From Candidatus Bathyarchaeia archaeon (lineage in GTDB: Archaea > Thermoproteota > Bathyarchaeia > Bathyarchaeales > Bathycorpusculaceae), in assembly GCA_049516875.1 (NCBI GenBank), contig JBEKSS010000001.1:96001-160000 (forward strand): a stretch of 64,000 nt of DNA, read 5' to 3'. The notes beneath the pieces were generated by a model that was not told the DNA's origin, did not search any database, and saw nothing but the letters and a program-made list of their open reading frames with translations. Of the stretch, positions 10,264-19,954 are shown in pieces (position 1 is the stretch's first letter; each line of letters begins with the position of its first letter). Both the position numbers and the translations under genes were made by a program.

Positions 10264-10330
10264 CCGCGCTCCCAAAATCTTATTTGAAGCCTCAATGTAG
10301 CTTTATCAATGAAACGTCCCGTGAAGGCAA

Positions 10331-11596
10331 TTGAGCACATCAAAGAAGACTTCCTTGGAACTGTTCAGACTGAAAAAGACACTGATGACACTGGCCAGAA
10401 AAGAGGGGCGTGGAACCGAACTCGTTTCGGTCTACGTTCCGCCTGGAAAACAGATAAGCGACGTTTTAAACACGCTCCGAGACGAGTACGGCACCGCGTC
10501 TAACATTAAGTCTACGACAACCCGAAAAAACGTCATGGAGGCAATCGTGAAAGTTCAGCAACGCCTCAAACTTTTCAAAGAGCCCCCTGAAAACGGGCTA
10601 GTGATATTCTGCGGAGCCATCCCCCAGAACGGTGCTGGAAGCGAGAGAATCGAAACCTACGTGATTGTGCCGCCTGAGCCGATACACATCTACCTTTACA
10701 GGTGTGACGCGAGATTCCACACCGAGTACCTGCAAGAGATGCTGAGAGAAAAGGAAACGTACGGCATACTTCTCATAGACTCTTCAGGCGCAACGCTTGC
10801 AACGCTTCAGGGCAGAAGACTTGAAATAGTCAGGGAAATGACGTCGGGCGTGCCGGGGAAAACCCGCGCCGGCGGACAATCTGCGAGAAGGTACGAGAGG
10901 CTCAGGGAAATGAGGCTTCAAGAATACTTCACGCGAGTGGGCGAACACGCTAACGAGATTTTTCTGCCCATTGAAAACTTTAAGGGCTTAATAATCGCCG
11001 GGCCCGGACCCACGAAGTACGATTTTGAAAAGGGCGAGTACCTAAATTACATGCTGAAAAACAAGATCATCGACACCGTGGACACGGCTTACGTGGAAGA
11101 GCAGGGCGTCAAAGAAGTTGTTGAGAAAGCTCCAGAAGTTATGCGGAAGGTGCGTTACATAGAAGAGAGGAGGATGGTGCAGCAATTCCTCTACGAAGTC
11201 GGACATGACACTGGAAAAATCACGTACGGCGAAGAAGAGGTCAGAAGAGCACTGGAAGCGGGAGCTGTTAGGACGTTGCTGCTTTCTGAAGGGCTGGAAA
11301 TGACGAGAGTCACGGTGAAGTGCAATGCCTGCGGCTACCAAGAACAAAACACGATAAAAAGCCAGACGCTGGTCAGCTTTGAGCAGGGCCTCTCTGGAAG
11401 ACCGTGCCCAAAGTGCAACGCTGCAGCGCTGGGCATGGCGGACACAGAGGATCTGATAGATGATTTTGCCAAACTTGCGGAATACACGAAAACCGAGGTG
11501 GAGATAATATCAACCGAAACAGAAGAAGGGCAGATGCTTAAAAACTCGTTCGGTGGAATAGCCGCAATACTGCGCTTCCAACTTCACGACCAGTGA
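10331..11596 (+). CDS. prf1: Peptide chain release factor aRF1
   Basis: NIKS, YRCD and GGQS motifs; CxxC..CxxC insert in domain 3. Confidence 0.97.
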   Translation: MSTSKKTSLELFRLKKTLMTLARKEGRGTELVSVYVPPGKQISDVLNTLRDEYGTASNIKSTTTRKNVMEAIVKVQQRLKLFKEPPENGLVIFCGAIPQNGAGSERIETYVIVPPEPIHIYLYRCDARFHTEYLQEMLREKETYGILLIDSSGATLATLQGRRLEIVREMTSGVPGKTRAGGQSARRYERLREMRLQEYFTRVGEHANEIFLPIENFKGLIIAGPGPTKYDFEKGEYLNYMLKNKIIDTVDTAYVEEQGVKEVVEKAPEVMRKVRYIEERRMVQQFLYEVGHDTGKITYGEEEVRRALEAGAVRTLLLSEGLEMTRVTVKCNACGYQEQNTIKSQTLVSFEQGLSGRPCPKCNAAALGMADTEDLIDDFAKLAEYTKTEVEIISTETEEGQMLKNSFGGIAAILRFQLHDQ

Positions 11597-11602
11597 ATAT
11601 GG

Positions 11603-11878
11603 CTATGCGCGCGTTAGTGCACGTTCGATGTCGCTTTTTTCAGCGTCTTTCACGAGCAACCTTTTCTGTTTAGAAGAAGAACCGGAAACAAGCTCCACCC
11701 TCTTGCCGAAAAACCTTGAAAGCTTCTTAACCAATTCCTTGTTGACCCTTCCTTCAACGGGCTCTTCCGAGCAGTGAATCACGATATCATCCCCTTCAAC
11801 CACGATTTTAAACTCCTTTGACCGCGGCTTTACATAAACATCCAAGATTAGACCTTTCTCGGTTTCCTTGATTTTCAC
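11603..11878 (-). CDS. DUF167 / YggU family protein
   Basis: VYVKP, PVEGRVNKEL, SGSSSKQK. Confidence 0.85.
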   Translation of the reverse strand: MKIKETEKGLILDVYVKPRSKEFKIVVEGDDIVIHCSEEPVEGRVNKELVKKLSRFFGKRVELVSGSSSKQKRLLVKDAEKSDIERALTRA

Positions 11879-11997
11879 TAAACTTTCACGTCAAAGCTAA
11901 CTTTAGAATCTCATTGGATAAAAACATGTTCAGACAAGAGGGCTCTAACGGAAAAAGCTAAGCGGCAAACAGGTTCTACAGTGTCTAGGCGTCAGAG

Positions 11998-13128
11998 TTG
12001 AAGCATCCGTCAATGTATCTAGACTGGTATGTCCATGTGCCCAAGGTAAGATACGATTTTAGGTCCAGCGGCACGGCCTACTTCACTCATGACCTGAGGC
12101 TGAACCGTCTGGATTTGAGCGTCAACTACGATCATGGGAATCCTGAAACAACGGCGCAGCTGGCCAAGTGGTACGATGTGAAGCCTGAAAACGTTTTCGT
12201 CTCTAGCGAGGGAGCTTCAGGCCAGAACGCCCGCATCATCAGATGCTTGGCAGAGAAAAGCCCTAGGAAAAACGAGGCAGTGGTGGAGTATCCTACTTAC
12301 GAACCTTTGCTGAGGCAGGTTCAGGAACATTTCAAGCATGTGAAAAGGCTGGAAAGAAGAGAGGAAGATGCGTACAGGCTTGACGCGGATGAACTTCTGA
12401 AGGTCGTTTCAGAAAAAACTGGCTTACTCGTGTTGACTAATCCTCACGCGCCGAGCGGAGCAACGTCCAATGCGAACGAACTGAGGGAGATGATGACTGT
12501 TGCGCGCGAGCACGGCTTCTATGTGTTGTGCGACGAAATATACGCTGAGTTTGACCGCAAAACGGTGCCGTCGCTCTTCTCCGTGGATCCAGAGGGGGGC
12601 ATAGTTACGACGAGCTTCACAAAGGCCTACGGTCTGGGAGGGTTAAAACTGGGCATCGCGTTGGTTGAGAAGGAACTTGTCGACGAACTGTACGCGGACG
12701 TGCTGAACACTGTTGGCAACAGTCCCAATGTTGTGCAGCTTATCGCGGCAGAATTGCTGTCTGAAGGCAGGGAAAAGCTTGAAGAACACAAGCATAAATG
12801 GGCGCATCTGATGAGCCAAACTCGAGAGTGGCTGAACGAAGAAGGCCTACAGTTCTTCCCAAGCAAGGTGGGGGTGACCTATTGGGTGAAACTGCCGATA
12901 AAAGACACGTACAGATGGACAAACGAGTGCACAATCCCTGTCTACAGCTTGGCTGCAGTGCCTGGAACGTTCTTCCTCTTCAAAAACGACTACAAACTAG
13001 CAAAGACTGACACGATAAGGCTGAGTCTTGGCAACTTGAACCCTGAAAAACCAACGCTGACAGGAGCCCTGGACACGCTGGAAACAGCACTGAACGGTCA
13101 CCAACGCTGGCAAGAAACAAAGCAGTAA
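11998..13128 (+). CDS. PLP-dependent aminotransferase class I/II
   Basis: LTNPHAPSG, DEIY, SFTKAYGLGGLKLG. Confidence 0.9.
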   Translation: MKHPSMYLDWYVHVPKVRYDFRSSGTAYFTHDLRLNRLDLSVNYDHGNPETTAQLAKWYDVKPENVFVSSEGASGQNARIIRCLAEKSPRKNEAVVEYPTYEPLLRQVQEHFKHVKRLERREEDAYRLDADELLKVVSEKTGLLVLTNPHAPSGATSNANELREMMTVAREHGFYVLCDEIYAEFDRKTVPSLFSVDPEGGIVTTSFTKAYGLGGLKLGIALVEKELVDELYADVLNTVGNSPNVVQLIAAELLSEGREKLEEHKHKWAHLMSQTREWLNEEGLQFFPSKVGVTYWVKLPIKDTYRWTNECTIPVYSLAAVPGTFFLFKNDYKLAKTDTIRLSLGNLNPEKPTLTGALDTLETALNGHQRWQETKQ

Positions 13129-13362
13129 ACTGAACCGTGGGTGCTCATGTCGGGTTTCGAGCCCTTGTGTTTGAGTACTCAATCCGTGATTTCTTTGAGA
13201 CTCAAACAGTTGAGGATTCTTTGTTGATTGGTTTGCCTGGGCTTGTGATGTGTGTTTTTTGGGTTGTTTGCGGCTGGAAGGGGTGTGATCTGGCTGATTT
13301 TGGTGGTTGCAATGGAAAATGTTTTATGCTCATCCCATGTAAATGTTGGAAAGGGATGATAT

Positions 13363-13527
13363 ATGGCTAAATGTCCTTTATGTGGAAAAGAAGTCAGCAC
13401 TCCTAAGAAAACTTGGAAGATGGCGGGCAAACCAGACAAGAGCGGCAAGAGAACAGAATTAACAATCGGACTCTTTGAGCACTGCGGGAAGACTTTCAGA
13501 TCTACGCTGGGAAAAAGAAAAATCTAG
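13363..13527 (+). CDS. Cren7-like small basic chromatin protein, 54 aa (not in ORF track)
   Basis: MAKCPLCGKEVSTPKKTWKMAGKPDKSGKRTELTIGLFEHCGKTFRSTLGKRKI; the P.KTW...G/K...IGLF...GK.FR pattern is Cren7-like. Confidence 0.85.
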   Translation: MAKCPLCGKEVSTPKKTWKMAGKPDKSGKRTELTIGLFEHCGKTFRSTLGKRKI

Positions 13528-13554
13528 ACTCACACAAGAACACTTCAACCCTAT

Positions 13555-13570
13555 CTTTTTTTCTATTTTC
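13555..13570 (+). terminator. T-rich archaeal terminator after the Cren7-like gene
   Basis: T-tract about 30 nt after the stop. Confidence 0.45.
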
Positions 13571-13750
13571 AATGAGAAATCAGTGGAATTCAGCAAGAAG
13601 AAGAATCGACAATCCAGAATGGACCGCGCATGTATCCACTAGTTCAAGCGCGTGTTTCCTTCATTCCAAGTTCTTGTCCGGAGCACGCGTAGGCGGGGCG
13701 TTTGTGGAAGAATTATAAGACCAGCCGCTGGACTAGTACATTGATGCCGG

Positions 13751-14344
13751 ATGTCAATAGTCGGCTTAGATTTGGCAGGAGTTGAAAGCAGACCCACGGG
13801 TCTTTGCGTCCTCAAGTATATGAAAGCAGAGACTTCTCTAGTCTACAAAGATGAAGAAGTGTTGAAGAGAATAGAGGAAAGCAAACCCAAGATAGTTGCT
13901 ATCGATGCGCCTTTGAGTCTTCCGGCAGGGAGAGAGTCCATAGAGCAGAGGACAAACGTTCACTTGAGGGAATGTGACAAGGAACTCCTGCGGAGAGGGA
14001 TAAGATTCTTCCCAATCACCCTCGGTCCCATGAGAAAACTCACTAACCGGGGCATAAATCTGAGAAGAATCCTTGAAGACAAGCATTCTAGAGTGATAGA
14101 GGTCTATCCGGGAGGCGCCCAAGACGTTCTGGGAATTCCTAGAAAGCAACAAGGACTGGAGAGATTGAGAGCGGGTTTGGAGAAGGTGGGAGTAAGAGGG
14201 CTGAACAGTCGAATGAGCGATCATGAGCTGGACGCTGTTACATGCGCTCTAGTAGGTAAACTCTTGTTAGAAGGAAAAAGCGTTACTTACGGAACCTCCG
14301 AGCAGGCGATAGTAATGCCCAAAGGTGAACCAGGTGGGAATTAA
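13751..14344 (+). CDS. DUF429 family protein (RNase H-like fold)
   Basis: GLDLAG, AIDAPLSLP, LRECD, IEVYP, HELDA. Confidence 0.85.
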   Translation: MSIVGLDLAGVESRPTGLCVLKYMKAETSLVYKDEEVLKRIEESKPKIVAIDAPLSLPAGRESIEQRTNVHLRECDKELLRRGIRFFPITLGPMRKLTNRGINLRRILEDKHSRVIEVYPGGAQDVLGIPRKQQGLERLRAGLEKVGVRGLNSRMSDHELDAVTCALVGKLLLEGKSVTYGTSEQAIVMPKGEPGGN

Positions 14345-15437
14345 GCGAATCGAGATTCACGCCGTCACTTTAAGATATGAGGAACCTTTCAGAATTGCCT
14401 CTGGAGCAAGCACGGAAAGCTACAATGTCAACGTTAAGATAATCACAGACTACGATGTCACTGGCTGGGGTGAATCTTCACCGTCCAAGAGAGTGACCGG
14501 CGAAACCTCGGAAACCGTCATCGCGGCTCTTGACAAGATTGCTCCCAAGCTTATTGGTAGGTGTCCTTTGCGAATTGAAGAAACCGTCGAATTCATGGAC
14601 TCCGTTATTGAGGGAAATCCGGCAGCAAAAGCAGCCGTTGACATAGCCCTGCACGACGTTCTGGGAAAAACAGCCCGCAGGCCCCTCTTCATGGTGATGG
14701 GCGGCTACCGAACTGAAGTCTTAACAGACTTGACTTTGAGCGTAAAATCTCCAAAAGAGATGGCCAGAGACGCTGTCAAAGCCGTTAAGAAAGGGTTCAA
14801 AGCCTTGAAAGTGAAGGTTGGAGTTGACCCAGTTGAAGACGCTGAACGCGTAAGAAAAATCCGTGAAGCGGTAGGCTCGGACACACAGATCAGGATTGAT
14901 GCGAATCAAGGTTGGACACCTCGGCAAGCGATACAGGTCCTTAACAAGATAGAGAAGTTCAAAATCCAGTTTGCTGAGCAACCCGTACCGTCAGAAGACA
15001 TCAAAGGTTTGGCAAAAGTCAGGAAAGACTCGCCTATACCGATAATGGCCGATGAAAGTGTACACTCACCCAAAGATGCCATGCGTCTGATACAGGCAGA
15101 AGCCGTTGATTTCATAAACATCAAACTGATGAAAAGCGGCGGGATACTGAGAGGAAGGAAAATCGCCGACGTTGCCGAAGCCGCCGGAATACAATGCATG
15201 ATTGGATGCATGGGCGAGTCCGGGATAGGCATCACCGCAGCAGCCCACCTAGCCGCGGCCGTGAAAAACATTCAATACGCAGACCTGGACTCCGACATTA
15301 TGCTCCAAGACAAACTGGTCAAGAAGGGCGGAACTAAAGTCAAGAATTCTATGCGAACATTTCCAAAGTACGACGGATTGGGCATAGTGGAAGTAGACAA
15401 AGGTTTGTTGGGAAAGCCGCTGAAAATCTACAAGTAA
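14325..15437 (+). CDS. Dipeptide (L-Ala-D/L-Glu type) epimerase, enolase superfamily
   Basis: KVKVG, DANQGW, EQP, ADES, NIKLMKSGG, GCMGES, DLD. Confidence 0.9.
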   Translation: MNQVGIKRIEIHAVTLRYEEPFRIASGASTESYNVNVKIITDYDVTGWGESSPSKRVTGETSETVIAALDKIAPKLIGRCPLRIEETVEFMDSVIEGNPAAKAAVDIALHDVLGKTARRPLFMVMGGYRTEVLTDLTLSVKSPKEMARDAVKAVKKGFKALKVKVGVDPVEDAERVRKIREAVGSDTQIRIDANQGWTPRQAIQVLNKIEKFKIQFAEQPVPSEDIKGLAKVRKDSPIPIMADESVHSPKDAMRLIQAEAVDFINIKLMKSGGILRGRKIADVAEAAGIQCMIGCMGESGIGITAAAHLAAAVKNIQYADLDSDIMLQDKLVKKGGTKVKNSMRTFPKYDGLGIVEVDKGLLGKPLKIYK

Positions 15438-15608
15438 TTCGATAAGCGTTATGTTCTGTCACCTCCAGAGCCTCAGCTCCTTCGTTGACTCGTATTACTG
15501 CGGCGGCAGCAGTCGACGCTGCTTAATAGCTAGCACTCAGGGAAAGTTTCTTAAGAGTAGAATACGAAATCGTTACGAATCCGAATCAGAAGCCTATTGA
15601 GGATTCTA

Positions 15609-16778
15609 ATGAAAAAAACTGGAAAATATCTGTTCACTTCGGAATCCGTGGCAGAAGGACATCCAGACAAAGTCGCTGACCAAGTGTCAGACGCTGTGCT
15701 CGATGCTGTCTTGTGTAAAGATCCTAAAGGAAGAGTTGACTGCGAAACACTTGTAATGCAAGGAAACGTCATAGTCACTGGTCAAATCACAACCTCCTGC
15801 TACGTGGACATTCCTAGCGTCGTTAGAAAAACATTGAAAGAAATAGGGTTGGATAATGCCAAAGATGGCATGGATTGGGAAACTTGTGGCGTGCTGGTTT
15901 CGATAACAGAGCAGTCCCCAGACATTGCGATGGGAGTTGATGAGACCGAAACTCATGAACAGGGAGCTGGAGATCAAGGAATGGTGTTCGGCTATGCAAC
16001 AAATGAGACAAAAGAATTAATGCCTCTACCAATAATGCTAGCACACAATCTCGTGAGAAGACTCTCCGAGTGCAGAAAGAACAGAATTTTACCTTATCTA
16101 AGGCCTGATGGCAAGTCGCAGGCCACAGTTGAATACGTCAAAGGAAAACCAAGAAGAGTGACGGCTGTTGTGATAGCTGCCCAACATGTTGAGAGGGTTG
16201 GCAGAGAAAAGATACGGGAAGACATAATAAATCAGGTTATAAAAAAGGTCATACCCAAGACTATGCTTGGCAAAGAAACAAAATACTACGTCAATGAGAC
16301 AGGAAGGTTCGTCGTCGGAGGGACTCTGGCAGACTCAGGCTTGACAGGAAGAAAAATCATTGTTGACACTTATGGAGGCGTTGGAAGTCACGGTGGAGGA
16401 TGTTTCTCTGGAAAAGACCCATCAAAAGTGGACAGGTCCGGATGCTACATGGCAAGGTACATCGCAAAGAATGTCGTCGCTGCGGGTCTGGCGGATCAAT
16501 GCGAAATCCAAATATCATATGCAATTGGCGTAGCACAACCAGTCTCCGTAATGATAAATACGTTCGACACGGGAAAACTGCCCGATGAAAAAATTCTTGA
16601 ACTAGTGAAAAAGCACTTCGACATGAGACCTGGAGCAATCGTAAAACATCTGGATTTGCTTAGACCAATATACAGAAAAACGGCTGTGTTTGGCCATTTT
16701 GGAAGAGATGATCCAGACTTCACATGGGAAAGGACTGACAAAGCAGACATTCTAAGAAGAGATGCTGGAATAAGGTAG
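15609..16778 (+). CDS. metK: S-adenosylmethionine synthetase, bacterial/eukaryotic type
   Basis: [49 protein letters not shown]. Confidence 0.97.
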   Translation: MKKTGKYLFTSESVAEGHPDKVADQVSDAVLDAVLCKDPKGRVDCETLVMQGNVIVTGQITTSCYVDIPSVVRKTLKEIGLDNAKDGMDWETCGVLVSITEQSPDIAMGVDETETHEQGAGDQGMVFGYATNETKELMPLPIMLAHNLVRRLSECRKNRILPYLRPDGKSQATVEYVKGKPRRVTAVVIAAQHVERVGREKIREDIINQVIKKVIPKTMLGKETKYYVNETGRFVVGGTLADSGLTGRKIIVDTYGGVGSHGGGCFSGKDPSKVDRSGCYMARYIAKNVVAAGLADQCEIQISYAIGVAQPVSVMINTFDTGKLPDEKILELVKKHFDMRPGAIVKHLDLLRPIYRKTAVFGHFGRDDPDFTWERTDKADILRRDAGIR

Positions 16779-16837
16779 CTCAGTATAGCACGCGCTTAAG
16801 TGACTCGAGATACTATGAATCGTAAGGAGGGAGGTCT

Positions 16838-17278
16838 ATGAGGGTGGCTGAAGCTATGAGAACGAATTTAGTTATCACTGATGAGAGCGCATCAGTAGCT
16901 GAAGCATCTGCGAACATGCTCAAAAAAGGAGAAGGATGCGCTATTGTTCTAATGGAAGGCAGAGCCTTCGGCATAGTGACTGAACGTGATGTTACTTGGA
17001 AGGTTGCTGGAAAAGGGCTTGACCCGAAGAATGTGAAAGTCGCCGAAATAATGTCGACACCATTGATAACGATTGATCCGGATGCAGATTTAACAGAAGC
17101 AGCCAAGATCATGAAGCAACATAAAATTCGGAGACTAGCAGTCGTTAGGGAAGGAACCCTTCGTGGTGTCGTAACAGCCGCGGATATTGCTCGCAACCTT
17201 GAAAGCTACTTGGACAGAGAGATACGAGACACCCTGAGATACCTATGGAGTCCACGGTATTCTCCCGAAGAGGGTTAA
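16838..17278 (+). CDS. CBS-pair protein
   Basis: GIVTERD, IMSTP, IRRLAV, GVVTAADI; RBS GGAGG. Confidence 0.9.
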   Translation: MRVAEAMRTNLVITDESASVAEASANMLKKGEGCAIVLMEGRAFGIVTERDVTWKVAGKGLDPKNVKVAEIMSTPLITIDPDADLTEAAKIMKQHKIRRLAVVREGTLRGVVTAADIARNLESYLDREIRDTLRYLWSPRYSPEEG

Positions 17279-17434
17279 CTTGAACTCCTGGCCTGCGCCG
17301 CTTGGATATAGGAATTTAGGTTTTCTTCGCTTGTTCATACTCCGTGTTTAGTTCTGCAGGTGCCGCCTGGATTCACACTGATGAAAAGTGATAAGTTCTG
17401 TCAGAAGACTACATTAGCTCGTGCGGAGGAAGGG

Positions 17435-18127
17435 TTGATGATTTGCAGGTTGTTTGTCTTTAGGCACGCTGAGACAACTGATAACAGCCGTGGAATATTC
17501 TCGGGCTGGCGAGACCCAGAACTCACTTTAAAGGGACTTTCACAAGCACAAGAGATTGCACAGCAGCTAAAGCGAGACAAGATTGACTATGCATTTTCCT
17601 CACATCTCAAAAGAGCCCGCAAAACTCTTGAAATAGTCCTCGAGAAACATTCTGCCATTCGTGTTTTCACGGACGACCGGCTCATCGAACGTTGCTATGG
17701 CCTGCTTCAGGGCAAAAGCAAGAGAAAGATTGCCAACGAAAGGCCTGAATGGTTTGCCAAAATTCATCGGGGTTACGATTTTCCACCACCTGAGGGAGAA
17801 AGCCTAAGGATGGTCGAAAATCGAACTTTGCCCTTTCTGGTCCAGCTTGAAGAGTGGCTCCGACGAAACCCAGGTAACATAGCTATCTCCTGCCATGGCA
17901 ACTCTTTGCGCCCAATACGTCGAGTCTTTGAGCACCTTAGCCTTAGACAAATGCTTCAGATAGAGAATCCCCAAAACCGTGCAATGTCTTACGCCCTTCA
18001 TGTCCACAGTGTTAATATTGGAAGCCGTAGAAAGAGCATCATTGAAGCGGATTGGCGAGGAATACTGGTTCCTCGCCAAGTGAAATTGGCAACAGATCAG
18101 CGGAACGCGCTGAAGAGATATTACTAG
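17435..18127 (+). CDS. Histidine phosphatase family, cofactor-dependent phosphoglycerate mutase-like
   Basis: RHAET, FSGWRD, ERCYGLLQG, PPPEGESL, CHGNSLR. Confidence 0.85.
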   Translation: MMICRLFVFRHAETTDNSRGIFSGWRDPELTLKGLSQAQEIAQQLKRDKIDYAFSSHLKRARKTLEIVLEKHSAIRVFTDDRLIERCYGLLQGKSKRKIANERPEWFAKIHRGYDFPPPEGESLRMVENRTLPFLVQLEEWLRRNPGNIAISCHGNSLRPIRRVFEHLSLRQMLQIENPQNRAMSYALHVHSVNIGSRRKSIIEADWRGILVPRQVKLATDQRNALKRYY

Positions 18128-18288
18128 TTCCCAATAGCGCGCTCAGGACTTTGACGCAAATATCAAAACGACGTACTAAGCTGGCAGAATCAAGAAAGAC
18201 AGCAAACGAAACTATCGAAAATAACGAAGGATGAAGCTTTGAGAAAAGAGAGGAAGCACGCGCTCCTATGCTACTCCCTTTTCAAATG

Positions 18289-18867
18289 TTAGTAGTTCTC
18301 GCACCAGATTTCGAAGTAGCTTCTCGGATGGCTGCAGACAGGGCATTTTTCTGGAGCTTCTGAGCTTTCAAACACGAAGCCACAGTTTCTGCACTTCCAC
18401 TTTGTCGGAGCGTCTCTTTTGAATACTTTGTTCGTTTCCACATTTGCTAGCAGTTTTCTATATCGCCGTTCATGATATGCCTCAACCTTTGCAACCGACC
18501 TAAATGTTTTCGCAACATCTATGAAACCCTCTTGTTCAGCTGTTTCTGCAAAGCCAGGATATAGTGTACCCCATTCCAGCTTTTCACCTTCTGCTGCAGC
18601 TCTCAGATTCTCGGCTGTAGATCCGATTATGCCTGCTGGATAGGAAGCGGTGATCTCGGCTGTTCCGCCTTTCAGGTGTGTGAAGAACAGTTTGGCGTGT
18701 TCTTTCTCGTTGTCAGAGGTTTCCTCGAAAATGCCTGCTATCTGCTCGTATCCTTCCTTTCTGGCTGCGCTGGCGAAGAAAGTGTACCTAGTTCTTGCCT
18801 GTGATTCACCGGCAAATGCTGCTAACACGTTTTTCTCGGTTCGGCTTCCTTTAAATTCCATATCCAT
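18289..18867 (-). CDS. rbr: Rubrerythrin
   Basis: [30 protein letters not shown]. Confidence 0.95.
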   Translation of the reverse strand: MDMEFKGSRTEKNVLAAFAGESQARTRYTFFASAARKEGYEQIAGIFEETSDNEKEHAKLFFTHLKGGTAEITASYPAGIIGSTAENLRAAAEGEKLEWGTLYPGFAETAEQEGFIDVAKTFRSVAKVEAYHERRYRKLLANVETNKVFKRDAPTKWKCRNCGFVFESSEAPEKCPVCSHPRSYFEIWCENY

Positions 18868-19008
18868 TCCATTTTCACCTCCCTATATTCATATGTCAAT
18901 CGCGCGCTGTGTGTTCCAAATCGTCAAAAAATGGGTACACTTTGTTGCCTGCATGGAGACTGGGTTTCATCATTTCTTTCCTCGAACCTGGTGACATCAA
19001 CGTATTAA

Positions 19009-19428
19009 CTAGACCAGTAGAGTTACGTCTGCATCTTTTGCTATATTGAGGAACGTTGTCGCACCTGCCATTTCATCTACTTCTGGAATCAGGTCTTCTC
19101 TTTTGATACCGAACATTTCCATGCTCGGAGTGCAGGCGTATATCTTCAAGAGCCCAGAAGTCTTCATCCTTTTCAGTAGCTCGTAGGGCGTCGGGTACTT
19201 CATCTGCTTTAGTTTTTCTCTCATTTGTTTCTCCATGTTCTTGTAGTCACTTGGCAAGCCCACTTTCTCCATTGCTCCTTTGACAAGCGCGCTAAGACCC
19301 CAAAAAGTGAAGTAAAGGTGTGCTTCCCATCCCATTGTAGTTGCGGTCGACCCCAGTATGAAGGCACAATAGAGTTTGTCCAGCGTTCCACTATGAACGA
19401 TCAATGCCAGTTTCTTCTTTTCAGACAT
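19009..19428 (-). CDS. DsrE/DsrF-like (DrsE_2) protein
   Basis: SGTLDK, YFTFWGL, YACTPSM, AGATTFL; ATG 19428 follows GGAGGT. Confidence 0.85.
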   Translation of the reverse strand: MSEKKKLALIVHSGTLDKLYCAFILGSTATTMGWEAHLYFTFWGLSALVKGAMEKVGLPSDYKNMEKQMREKLKQMKYPTPYELLKRMKTSGLLKIYACTPSMEMFGIKREDLIPEVDEMAGATTFLNIAKDADVTLLV

Positions 19429-19954
19429 AAGGTTACCTCCAATATTCTTTGGGTTAGAGGGCAATATGACATATGTCATATTTATGCTTTCTGCAAGAAG
19501 TGAATGCAATTTTTCCACGAATGTGGTGCGCTAATCGAATTCGTTCCGTACAATGCGGTTTTCATCGTTTAAGTATGGAGGTGAGAATTGACAAAATCAA
19601 TGCGATCGCGATGGCTATTGCACTTATCTCAGTTGTTGTGACAGTGCTCTGGCTACGCGTGCTCCATTTCATCCTGACAGAACAAACGTGCTATCCAAGA
19701 CTTAATGAGGAAGACAGTTCGTAAGAGTATTGAGAGAGTCCGTTTGTGAGCAGGCGTAGACGGTTTGACAGGCTCGAATGCCAGGGTTGTATTTACAAGG
19801 CGAGCACGTATTGTTGGAGACAGTGTCCGTACAACATTTGGAAGAGAGAAGAATACTGAAGCGCACGGTAAACGATTGCAGCGACTTCATACCCCCCTTG
19901 TACGGTTTTGTATTGCCTGGAAGGGGTGGCTGGGGACGGCGGTTTTCGGACTAG

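Noticed and set aside
13130-13330. Strongly G/T-skewed intergenic stretch and overlapping ORFs 13137..13370 and 13179..13448
   Set aside because: No motifs or repeat unit; the Cren7-like ORF explains the locus better.
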